DNA from: Candidatus Nitrosocosmicus agrestis
Lineage (GTDB): Archaea > Thermoproteota > Nitrososphaeria > Nitrososphaerales > Nitrososphaeraceae
NCBI RefSeq assembly: GCF_008389435.1
Contig: NZ_VUYS01000007.1
Location: 54,391-86,390, forward strand
Length of the DNA stretch: 32,000 bases
Direction: 5' to 3'
The notes beneath the pieces were generated by a model. That model ran no database searches, was not told the origin of the DNA, and was given only the letters and a program-made list of their open reading frames with translations. The number at the start of each line of letters is the position of its first letter. Positions within the stretch are counted from its first letter, which is position 1. Positions 18,093 through 25,250 of the stretch are shown in pieces. A program made the position numbers and the translations under genes.

Positions 18093-19168
18093 TAGATTGG
18101 CTGGATAGAGAGATTTCTCATATGAAATCTTTTAAACCGTACAAAAGACCAGAAAAAATCCATGAATTTCATAAACTAGATTCGAATGAAAATTTAGTTT
18201 TAGAAAGCAGATTCATAAAAACTATTGCGTTGAAATCTCTTCATGAAAGCGACTTTAGAGAATATCCGTTAGAACAATTTGATAAATTGCATAAGAAACT
18301 AGCAGAATATACCAATCTTAGTTCTAGTAACATAGGAATAGGAGGTGGATCTGATCAGATAATGGACTTATTATTATCCACCATAGGTAAAGGAAGAAAA
18401 GTTATCACATTAAATCCTACCTTCTCATATTTTATAGACCGATGCAATCTTTATAAAATACCAACAGAACAGATTGATCTTTCAGTTATAAATAATTCGT
18501 TTGATGTAGAGTTTTTTATTGCTCGAGCAAAAGAAAATGATATAATTTATATAGCATCTCCAAATAACCCCACAGGAAATCAATTCAAATTTGAAGATAT
18601 AATAAAAATAGTTGAAAGACTAGATGACAAGTTAATAATAATAGATGAAGCTTATGTAGAATTTGCCGAATACAATCTGTCAGATCTTATTACTAAATAT
18701 AATAATGTTATAATCTTAAGAACATTTTCGAAAGCTTTTGGTTTAGCAGGTGCACGGATTGGATACATCCTTGCCAATGCAGAATTGACAGAAGCATTTA
18801 ATCAACATATCCAATTGCCATATGCTCTCAGTAGTTTTTCGATGCAACTAGCAATAGAAGCGCTACAAAATATTAGAATAATAGAAAGGAGCATAGAGGT
18901 CATAAAAAAAGAAAGAGTAAAGATATTTGAAAGACTGAAAGCATTGAATCAGATCAAAATATTTAATTCGGATGCCAACTTTTTTTTCTTTCAAACCTTT
19001 GATCAAATAGACAAAATAAAAAATGATATGTTAGCCAAAAAAATTCTAATAAAGGATTTTAAGAATATAGGTAAATATCAAGGAGCGATGAGAATTACCA
19101 TTGGAAATCCAGAGACAAATGATATAATAATCTCAATACTGGAAAAACTAGAAAACAATATAAAATAA
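18089..19168 (+). CDS. hisC: histidinol-phosphate aminotransferase
   Basis: SPNNPTGN and the PLP-lysine context RTFSKAFGLAGARIGY are present. The ATG overlaps the hisD stop (ATGA). Confidence 0.9.
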   Translation: MIDWLDREISHMKSFKPYKRPEKIHEFHKLDSNENLVLESRFIKTIALKSLHESDFREYPLEQFDKLHKKLAEYTNLSSSNIGIGGGSDQIMDLLLSTIGKGRKVITLNPTFSYFIDRCNLYKIPTEQIDLSVINNSFDVEFFIARAKENDIIYIASPNNPTGNQFKFEDIIKIVERLDDKLIIIDEAYVEFAEYNLSDLITKYNNVIILRTFSKAFGLAGARIGYILANAELTEAFNQHIQLPYALSSFSMQLAIEALQNIRIIERSIEVIKKERVKIFERLKALNQIKIFNSDANFFFFQTFDQIDKIKNDMLAKKILIKDFKNIGKYQGAMRITIGNPETNDIIISILEKLENNIK

Positions 19169-19179
19169 GTATATGCTGC

Positions 19180-20007
19180 TTACTGAGGTCCAGGTAAATC
19201 ATTGGAGTTATTATTGTCATTGTCATTGTCATTGTCATTGTCATTGTTATCACCGGCAATTTTTCCATGGACATCATGTTCTTCATCGATACTATCTATC
19301 ACAAGTTTCTTTTGAGTAAAGGCGGCTGTCTCCGTAGAAATGGGTGAATCCAATATTTTTCGGATTTTTTCTGCTCGTATATTTCCAATACCAGGGATAC
19401 GGGCAAGTTCGGCTATCGATGCATTTAGCACGTTTCTTGGTGATTGAAATTTATCTAACAGCCTTGTAGCTACTTTAGTACCAACGCCAGGTAATGAGGT
19501 GAGGACATACAGTTGTTGAAGAAAGAATGGATTAGACTTTTTAATCTTTTTCAATAAAGGACCACTATCCTTGCTTCGAAATTGATTTGAAGTCAATAAT
19601 ACTAATAATTCTGCGGTATAAAAAATTGAATTAGTATATAAAACAGGTATTCGAAAATCAAGTGCGATCTTTATCAAGGTTTCGTATGCAACACGAAGTT
19701 TATCAACTATTAATTTAGAATCAGATTGAAAATCCTCCCTCGTATCTAGATCCGTCAAGTTTCCTTCAACAATAATTATGGGCTTGGCATAATGATTTAT
19801 CAAATCAGAACATTGAATAAATAATCTGCCATCGAAAACTGAACTGATCAAGTCATTTATGGTTTTTCTTTCTATGATTGTTTCTGAGGAAACAATGTAA
19901 TCGCCAACCAATAATTGTTTATAATCTACAAACACTCCCATTGATTTTAGTAATTCAGGAACTCGACTATTTCGCTCTCTTTCGTCAACAACTATTCTAA
20001 TAGTCAA
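19180..20007 (-). CDS. xpf: short-form XPF/ERCC4-type structure-specific endonuclease with tandem HhH and an Asp/Asn-repeat C-terminal tail
   Basis: The ERCC4 nuclease motifs VVDERE...VGDY...ERKTINDL are present, along with (HhH)2 LPGVGTKVATRLL...IPGIGNIRAEKI. The start is forced to TTG at 20007. The tail reads DNNDNDNDNDNDNNNSNDLPGPQ. Confidence 0.85.
   Translation of the reverse strand: MTIRIVVDERERNSRVPELLKSMGVFVDYKQLLVGDYIVSSETIIERKTINDLISSVFDGRLFIQCSDLINHYAKPIIIVEGNLTDLDTREDFQSDSKLIVDKLRVAYETLIKIALDFRIPVLYTNSIFYTAELLVLLTSNQFRSKDSGPLLKKIKKSNPFFLQQLYVLTSLPGVGTKVATRLLDKFQSPRNVLNASIAELARIPGIGNIRAEKIRKILDSPISTETAAFTQKKLVIDSIDEEHDVHGKIAGDNNDNDNDNDNDNNNSNDLPGPQ
19213..19248. repeat. (ATTGTC)5 perfect hexanucleotide repeat plus one imperfect unit, inside the xpf 3' end
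   Basis: Read directly. On the minus strand it encodes the (Asp-Asn)n tract. Confidence 0.95.
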
Positions 20008-20035
20008 AATGATAGTAAAAAGAGGTCTTATCTTA

Positions 20036-20064
20036 ATTTATATTATATTATATTATATTATATA
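20036..20064. repeat. (TATTA)n pentanucleotide microsatellite just upstream of xpf
   Basis: atttatattatattatattatattatata was read directly, with 4-5 units. It lies 30-60 nt upstream of the xpf start, so it overlaps the expected promoter. Confidence 0.85.
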
Positions 20065-20498
20065 TTGGACATCATCATTTTAATTAAAGCTCAGTATCAT
20101 ATACTTATATTACCATTTTTTTAACCATTTATAGATTCAGACTTTGCTTGGATAAAGGTTTTTTTCAATAAAATTGTACTAATACTGCACCATATTCCAA
20201 AATTATATACAACTTCATACTATAGTAAATTGGGACATAAACGCTGTATGTGGATAGTATATCATGATTTTAACATGATAAAGGTTAATTTAATAAAAAT
20301 AAATGCGATTCTTAATTATCGTTGAACATCGATATATCAATTCAAGGTAACTTGTTAAATTTATAAAAGGAATGATATTTTACAAAATATTGCAATTCTT
20401 TTCATATTAATTAACAGTCCTATAAAGAACATGTTTATTCGACTATTGAACTAGTATGTTTTTATGTAATAATTGAATAGTATAATTTTAGACATGAG

Positions 20499-20732
20499 AT
20501 GAATCTAGAATTTGTCAAAGATTTGGATTTAGAAAATGTAAAAAAGATTAAAGAAAGACTTGAATGGTTTTATTTAAATTATGAATATTTTAAGAGATAT
20601 TATGTTGGAAAGCATGTAGCAATAAAAGATCAAAAAGTAATAGATTGTGACAGGAGCTTGGACACATTATTAGAGCGGTTACAAATAAGAGATTATAGAG
20701 ATTCTATTGCAATTGAGTTTGTTTATCCTTGA
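20499..20732 (+). CDS. small protein, DUF5678-like (tentative)
   Basis: The ORF has an ATG start and is 77 aa. The pattern YVGKHVAIKDQKVIDCDRSLDTLLERL...IAIEFV resembles small archaeal proteins I recall as DUF5678. This has not been verified. Confidence 0.45.
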   Translation: MNLEFVKDLDLENVKKIKERLEWFYLNYEYFKRYYVGKHVAIKDQKVIDCDRSLDTLLERLQIRDYRDSIAIEFVYP

Positions 20733-20766
20733 TTTTGATTTTATGTATTCAATTGAATAAATACCC

Positions 20767-20819
20767 ATGATGATATTCAATCATAATTTGAAATAATTTG
20801 ATATTTGAACGAATACTGA
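20767..20819 (+). ncRNA. candidate C/D-box sRNA
   Basis: The C box is ATGATGA (20767-20773) and the D box is CTGA (20816-20819), 53 nt end to end. A degenerate C'-like tTTGATA lies at 20797-20803, exactly 12 nt before the D box. A D'-like TTGA lies at 20788-20791. No terminal stem is visible, and such boxes can arise by chance in AT-rich DNA. Confidence 0.3.
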
Positions 20820-20916
20820 CTACAATAATGCTTGTACGTGGGTACCAAAATACCTCATAAACCAAAAAAGGTATATCCTCTACACATGATAAAAAAATTA
20901 ATTGATCTACTAATTT

Positions 20917-21072
20917 TTAGTCTAATGCATCTCTTATCTTTACTTTAGCCTTGTTCAAAGTCTCTGAACTAGGCTTTCCTTCTGCATGATCTTTAGCTGT
21001 TTGGGCCTCTGCTTCAGCATCCTGAGATGCGTTTTTCATTTTCTTTGCTGCATCATCAATGATATCGGTCAT
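20917..21072 (-). CDS. candidate small hydrophilic protein, 51 aa (MTDIIDDAAKKMKNASQDAEAEAQTAKDHAEGKPSSETLNKAKVKIRDALD)
   Basis: This ORF is below the track threshold. It has an ATG start and 51 stop-free codons. TTATAAAG on the minus strand is centred about 26 nt upstream of the ATG. Its composition loosely resembles CsbD-like stress proteins, which is weak evidence. Confidence 0.4.
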   Translation of the reverse strand: MTDIIDDAAKKMKNASQDAEAEAQTAKDHAEGKPSSETLNKAKVKIRDALD

Positions 21073-21145
21073 TGGTTATAGATATACAATATTCTTTATA
21101 AGACTAATAATAATTTGATGATATTAAATATTATATTAGTTAAAT

Positions 21146-21760
21146 TTGTTAGTGATTGACAATACTATTGAAAATAAACGTAAAACTCGATACAACATAA
21201 ATTCTATATTTATTGAAAGATGGTCGCCGCGAGCGATGACCGGTGAAAGCATAACAGATGAAACTTTGATGAGTCTATTTGAAGCTGCTAGATGGGCCCC
21301 GTCTTCTTTTAATAATCAACCGTGGAGATTTTTATTTGCCAAAAAAGATACTCCTAACTGGAACATATTTTTTAATTTATTAACAGAAGGAAATAGAGCA
21401 TGGGCAAAGAATGCTGCAGTATTAGTTGTAATTATATCACGGAAAAATTTCGAATATAACAAAAAGCCTTCAATAACACACCAATTTGATACCGGGGCTG
21501 CTTGGGAGAATTTAGCATTAGAAGCCAGTATTAAAGGAATAGTTGCGCATGGTATGCAGGGCTTTGATTATGATAAAGCTAGGAAGGATTTGGAAATACC
21601 ATCTGACTTTGATGTAATGGCTATGATTGCAATCGGCATAAGAGGATCACCAGAAAATTTACCACTCAATCTGCAAGAAAAGGAATTTCCTAATGATAGA
21701 AAAGAATTAGCTGAAATTGTGATGGAAGGCAGATATAGCAACAATAAGAATAATAAATGA
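21146..21760 (+). CDS. nitroreductase-family flavoprotein
   Basis: FIERWSPRAMTGE, LFEAARWAPSSFNNQPWRF and the C-terminal half are typical of the family. The start must be TTG 21146 or GTG 21152, because there is no upstream ATG. Confidence 0.85.
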   Translation: MLVIDNTIENKRKTRYNINSIFIERWSPRAMTGESITDETLMSLFEAARWAPSSFNNQPWRFLFAKKDTPNWNIFFNLLTEGNRAWAKNAAVLVVIISRKNFEYNKKPSITHQFDTGAAWENLALEASIKGIVAHGMQGFDYDKARKDLEIPSDFDVMAMIAIGIRGSPENLPLNLQEKEFPNDRKELAEIVMEGRYSNNKNNK

Positions 21761-21938
21761 CTTTTCTATTTTCAATAGGCTTTTGCAAAATAGATAAAAT
21801 GTTTTTTCATTCGATCCATCATTTACCAAAGCATTGTTTGTTAAACTCACCAAATCCACAGGATTGTAAAATGATTGACTTCGAACAAAATGGAGCTCAA
21901 ACTTATTATAACTTTAATAACATTGAATTTAAGAATCA

Positions 21939-22613
21939 TTGATTAGTAAATATCTGATATTTTCAGCAATAGTTTTGTGTGTATTTTGTATTTTGGCCTT
22001 GTGTCTGTCGCCATTATCCACGATGAGAAATAATGTATTGGAGAATTATGATAACATGCTCTTTATCTTTATTAATAACGCTCATTTGCAATTTCTAGAC
22101 AAAATAATGGTATACCTCACCCAATTCGGACGAGAAATATTTTGGGCATTAGTAATACTACTCTTATTCATATTTGGTAAAAGTACAGGGAGAAAAACAG
22201 CAATTATTTTATTCTTGTCAATCCTTGTTCTAATACCTATTGGAACCATGACTAAGGAAATTATACAAAGATTAAGACCAGTTATTCCTGAATCAGATTC
22301 TTTGCTGCCAGCAAGTCATGGATATTCTTTTCCTTCCGGTCATGCATTGATAGTTTCAGCTGGAGCAACAATTGCTTTAATACTATTAAGAGGATCAACT
22401 ATTAATTTATTCATAGGATTTGTCTTGACAATTGAGGCAGGTTTAGTTTGTTATTCACGTGTATATGTAGGCGGTCATTATCCGTTAGATATATTGGGTG
22501 GAATACTACTTGGGGTTGGAGTATCGCTTCTGTTCGTGAGCCAAGAGAAGAGAATAGAATATTTATATTTCAGGACTATAAAAATTTTTGATAAATCAAA
22601 AACTAAAAGCTAG
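21939..22613 (+). CDS. PAP2-family phosphatase (membrane)
   Basis: The three PAP2 motifs are KEIIQRLRP, SFPSGHA and SRVYVGGHYPLD, with multiple TM segments. The maximal ORF opens at TTG 21939. An alternative ATG lies at 22023. Confidence 0.85.
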   Translation: MISKYLIFSAIVLCVFCILALCLSPLSTMRNNVLENYDNMLFIFINNAHLQFLDKIMVYLTQFGREIFWALVILLLFIFGKSTGRKTAIILFLSILVLIPIGTMTKEIIQRLRPVIPESDSLLPASHGYSFPSGHALIVSAGATIALILLRGSTINLFIGFVLTIEAGLVCYSRVYVGGHYPLDILGGILLGVGVSLLFVSQEKRIEYLYFRTIKIFDKSKTKS

Positions 22614-22708
22614 TTTCGCATCTTCATAATACTTGTTAAAAAGCCATTAAACCATTATGAAAATTTAATTATAATTTATTTATATTAACAGGAAAAAGGG
22701 AAGTAAGT

Positions 22709-23107
22709 TTATGAGGGTTGGTTAAATTTATTACTACCAGATTGCGATGAACCTGACTGAGCCATGTGCATCATTTGATTAATCTTGTTCTCAACCTCTT
22801 TGAGATTTTCTTTCACTCTAGATTCTTGTTTTCCCAAAACAACAGTTCGGGTACTAGACAATTCTTTTTTCTCCTCCAATTCCTTCAGTAGATTGTCTTT
22901 GTCAGATTTAACCAGCAAAGGGCCTGCAAGTTTGTAGACAGCATCATCTGAGGTGGTTTTCTTTAATTCTTCCAATGCTCTTTCAGTTTCAGATATCTCC
23001 AATTCTACTTGTTGCTTTTGCATCATTATTGCTTGTAGATTTTGTTGCAACTGTTGTAATCTGGCTAGCTGCTCTTTTAGCCATGGAGGTAGCTCTTGTT
23101 CACTCAT
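22709..23107 (-). CDS. pfdB: prefoldin beta subunit
   Basis: The pattern is coiled-coil, beta hairpin, coiled-coil: LQQLQQNLQAIMMQKQQVELE...DAVYKLAGPLLVKSDK...LEEKKE...GKQESRVKENLKE. The gene sits in the exosome-superoperon context. Confidence 0.85.
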   Translation of the reverse strand: MSEQELPPWLKEQLARLQQLQQNLQAIMMQKQQVELEISETERALEELKKTTSDDAVYKLAGPLLVKSDKDNLLKELEEKKELSSTRTVVLGKQESRVKENLKEVENKINQMMHMAQSGSSQSGSNKFNQPS

Positions 23108-23159
23108 TATTTATACAGAATAACTAGGTATACACTAAGATAAAAATTATTACGATTAG

Positions 23160-23465
23160 TTAATCATTTTGATTATCAATTTGAATAACAGAAAACGACA
23201 AATCAACCAATCTCAAAAATGATAATAGGGTAGCCCTAAACTTAGATATATTGTTACCGGAAACATTCAAAATAATGCCATTATCTTCTATTAAAGTAGT
23301 AACCTTTGTATCAAAATCGGGAGTAGATTGTATGTCTCCTTGGAGAGCAATATATGCTGAATTTAGTTGTTTTTCAGCTCTTTCTCTATGTTCTTTTAAA
23401 AAATCCGAATTAATACTTTGATTAAACTTAAAATAAATATGGATTTTAGCCCTGTAGCTTTCCAA
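23160..23465 (-). CDS. pcc1: KEOPS subunit Pcc1-like protein
   Basis: The size is 101 aa. The first strand is AKIHIYF, and the C-terminal FRATLLSFLRLVDLSFSVI matches the Pcc1 LRAS.NSFLRW pattern. It sits between rpl37ae and pfdB, as in the archaeal superoperon. The TTG start overlaps the rpl37ae 3' end by 20 nt. Confidence 0.6.
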   Translation of the reverse strand: MESYRAKIHIYFKFNQSINSDFLKEHRERAEKQLNSAYIALQGDIQSTPDFDTKVTTLIEDNGIILNVSGNNISKFRATLLSFLRLVDLSFSVIQIDNQND

Positions 23466-23685
23466 GATTTATATCGTAGGCACCTGCAGCAACTTTGTAT
23501 TCACATTTGTTGCACTGCCAAATTCCTATGGCCACCCGTCGGAATTTTAGTGAAGTACAGTTTGGACATCTTCTTTTTTGTTTTAAAGTACGATAGACTT
23601 TACCATATCTTTTTCGTACCGTAGCACCAAACTTTACACCTAGTCCTTTTAGTGCTGTTGAACCCTTTCTTCTTTTAACCGCTAT
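23446..23685 (-). CDS. rpl37ae: ribosomal protein eL43 (L37Ae); no canonical start codon
   Basis: I translated this by hand from the minus strand: (I)AVKRRKGSTALKGLGVKFGATVRKRYGKVYRTLKQKRRCPNCTSLKFRRVAIGIWQCNKCEYKVAAGAYDINLGKLQG*. It has the GxxFGAxxRKRY box and the CxxC...CxxC zinc ribbon of L37Ae. The frame is bounded by TGA (23686-23688) and TAA (23446-23448). The first ATG, GTG or TTG is at codon 51, so the track missed it. Confidence 0.8.
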   Translation of the reverse strand: MAVKRRKGSTALKGLGVKFGATVRKRYGKVYRTLKQKRRCPNCTSLKFRRVAIGIWQCNKCEYKVAAGAYDINLGKLQG

Positions 23686-24496
23686 TCAACTCCTTTATTT
23701 TAGAGCGGATTTCCTCTCCTTTAATTCTTGCTATTTCAGAAAACTCAACTATCTGATTAATGGAGAATGGCCCAGTAAATCCCTTTTGTACCGCTACAAT
23801 GCTTCCGTCTGATTGTGTAGTCATGGTTATTCGTGCATCCATACAAGCTTCTTCTTCTGTTGTAGGATCAATTAGAACGGATTCCCCTATTTTTACAGCA
23901 GTGATTGAAATGGGGATCGTAGTAATTGGAGGGGGCATTGTTTTACCAGTATTCACCACTTTATCTTCCTGAATTTCATATACGGGGAATTTACTAGTCA
24001 ATAAAGCTGCCACCACCGCATATGAAGTTGCATCAAGCAGATTGCCATCACTATTTATAATGCTGCAGTCAACGAAAACGGTGTAAACTGTCTTGCCAGG
24101 AATCAGTGCTAATTTATCCAAATCAAGCATCTCAGACTCTCGTATTCCTCTATCAACGACTCTTGACAATTCTATTGCATCTTCATCAGGAGGTCCAGGT
24201 TCAACGTGGGGAGAGGCAGTTGGCAAAACTTCTGCGGACATGATTAGTGCTCCTTTATTCTCTAATCCTTCAAATGGTTCTCCTGTTTCAACTTTAACAC
24301 CTGCTATAACTTCTGTGTTTCCAAGCTTGACCTTTGCAGAACCTGAGGCTTTATCTATTATTCCAACTTCAATTTCTAAGTTTCTATATAAATCGTAATC
24401 TCGTCCATCCAATCTTTTTCCGCGTGATAATGCTTCTAGCATTTGTTGTTTTCGTAGTTGTTCTACGATTATTGTGGAACGCTTTGAGGAACTCAT
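23675..24496 (-). CDS. rrp42: exosome complex component Rrp42 (RNase PH-like, inactive subunit)
   Basis: The fold is RNase PH-like (RLDGRDYDLYRNLEIEVG..., GSAKVKLGNTEVIAGVK). The gene is immediately downstream of rrp41, and its ATG overlaps the rrp41 stop (ATGA). Confidence 0.85.
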   Translation of the reverse strand: MSSSKRSTIIVEQLRKQQMLEALSRGKRLDGRDYDLYRNLEIEVGIIDKASGSAKVKLGNTEVIAGVKVETGEPFEGLENKGALIMSAEVLPTASPHVEPGPPDEDAIELSRVVDRGIRESEMLDLDKLALIPGKTVYTVFVDCSIINSDGNLLDATSYAVVAALLTSKFPVYEIQEDKVVNTGKTMPPPITTIPISITAVKIGESVLIDPTTEEEACMDARITMTTQSDGSIVAVQKGFTGPFSINQIVEFSEIARIKGEEIRSKIKELNSG

Positions 24497-25239
24497 GCTT
24501 CTTCTTTCAACTCCATTTCATTTCCAAAATATTTTTTCATTAATGCATCTTTTTGTATTTCATATACTGCTTTGCATCCTGTTATGGCTTTGTTTAAGCA
24601 TTCATTGAATTGAGTAGTTGTGAGTTTGCCATCTAGTTGAAGCAATGTAACTTGTTCTAGATTTGGCATGTAAGCAACAGGCATATCTGCATCACCTTCT
24701 TTATCTTCCAAGTCATTGACATCTAATACTATATTATCGGCTATTCTTCCTGCTGCACATGCAGAAACCAAATCTCGCATGTTAATTCCAGCGTCTGCTA
24801 ATGCTACAGATGCAGCATTAATACCAGCACACCTAGATCCTCCGTCTGCTTGTAGAACTTCAACAAATACATCTATTACCGCGCGTGGATAGTCACTTAA
24901 TATTAATGATGGTTCTAATGATTCACGCATTACTTTTGATATTTCCACTTCCCTTCGAGATGGGGCAGGATTTTTTCTTGTATCGGTAGAAAATGGAGAC
25001 ATGTGATATCTACATCTTAGAACACATCTATCTGGCAGTGCCATGTGTTTTGGATGAACCTCTCGTGGTCCATATACTGCTACTATTATCTTATTCTTTC
25101 CGAATTCTATAAAGGCTGACCCATCGGCATTTTTCACCACACCGACTGTAATTTTGATAGAGCGTAAATCATTGATTCCTCTACCATCGGATCTTATTCC
25201 GTTTTCATCCAATAATGTTAATTCTTTCAAACTATACAC
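24493..25239 (-). CDS. rrp41: exosome complex exonuclease Rrp41 (RNase PH-like, catalytic subunit)
   Basis: RSDGRGINDLRSIKITVG, DGSAFIEFGKNKIIVAVYGPRE and VLQADGGSRCAGINAASVALADAG are present. Confidence 0.9.
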   Translation of the reverse strand: MYSLKELTLLDENGIRSDGRGINDLRSIKITVGVVKNADGSAFIEFGKNKIIVAVYGPREVHPKHMALPDRCVLRCRYHMSPFSTDTRKNPAPSRREVEISKVMRESLEPSLILSDYPRAVIDVFVEVLQADGGSRCAGINAASVALADAGINMRDLVSACAAGRIADNIVLDVNDLEDKEGDADMPVAYMPNLEQVTLLQLDGKLTTTQFNECLNKAITGCKAVYEIQKDALMKKYFGNEMELKEEA

Positions 25240-25250
25240 ATCCTACTTGA

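Noticed and set aside
21757-21942. A 61-aa ORF between the nitroreductase and PAP2 genes.
   Set aside because: Its composition is unconvincing, it overlaps both neighbouring gene ends, and it has no promoter-like spacing. It is probably a chance frame.
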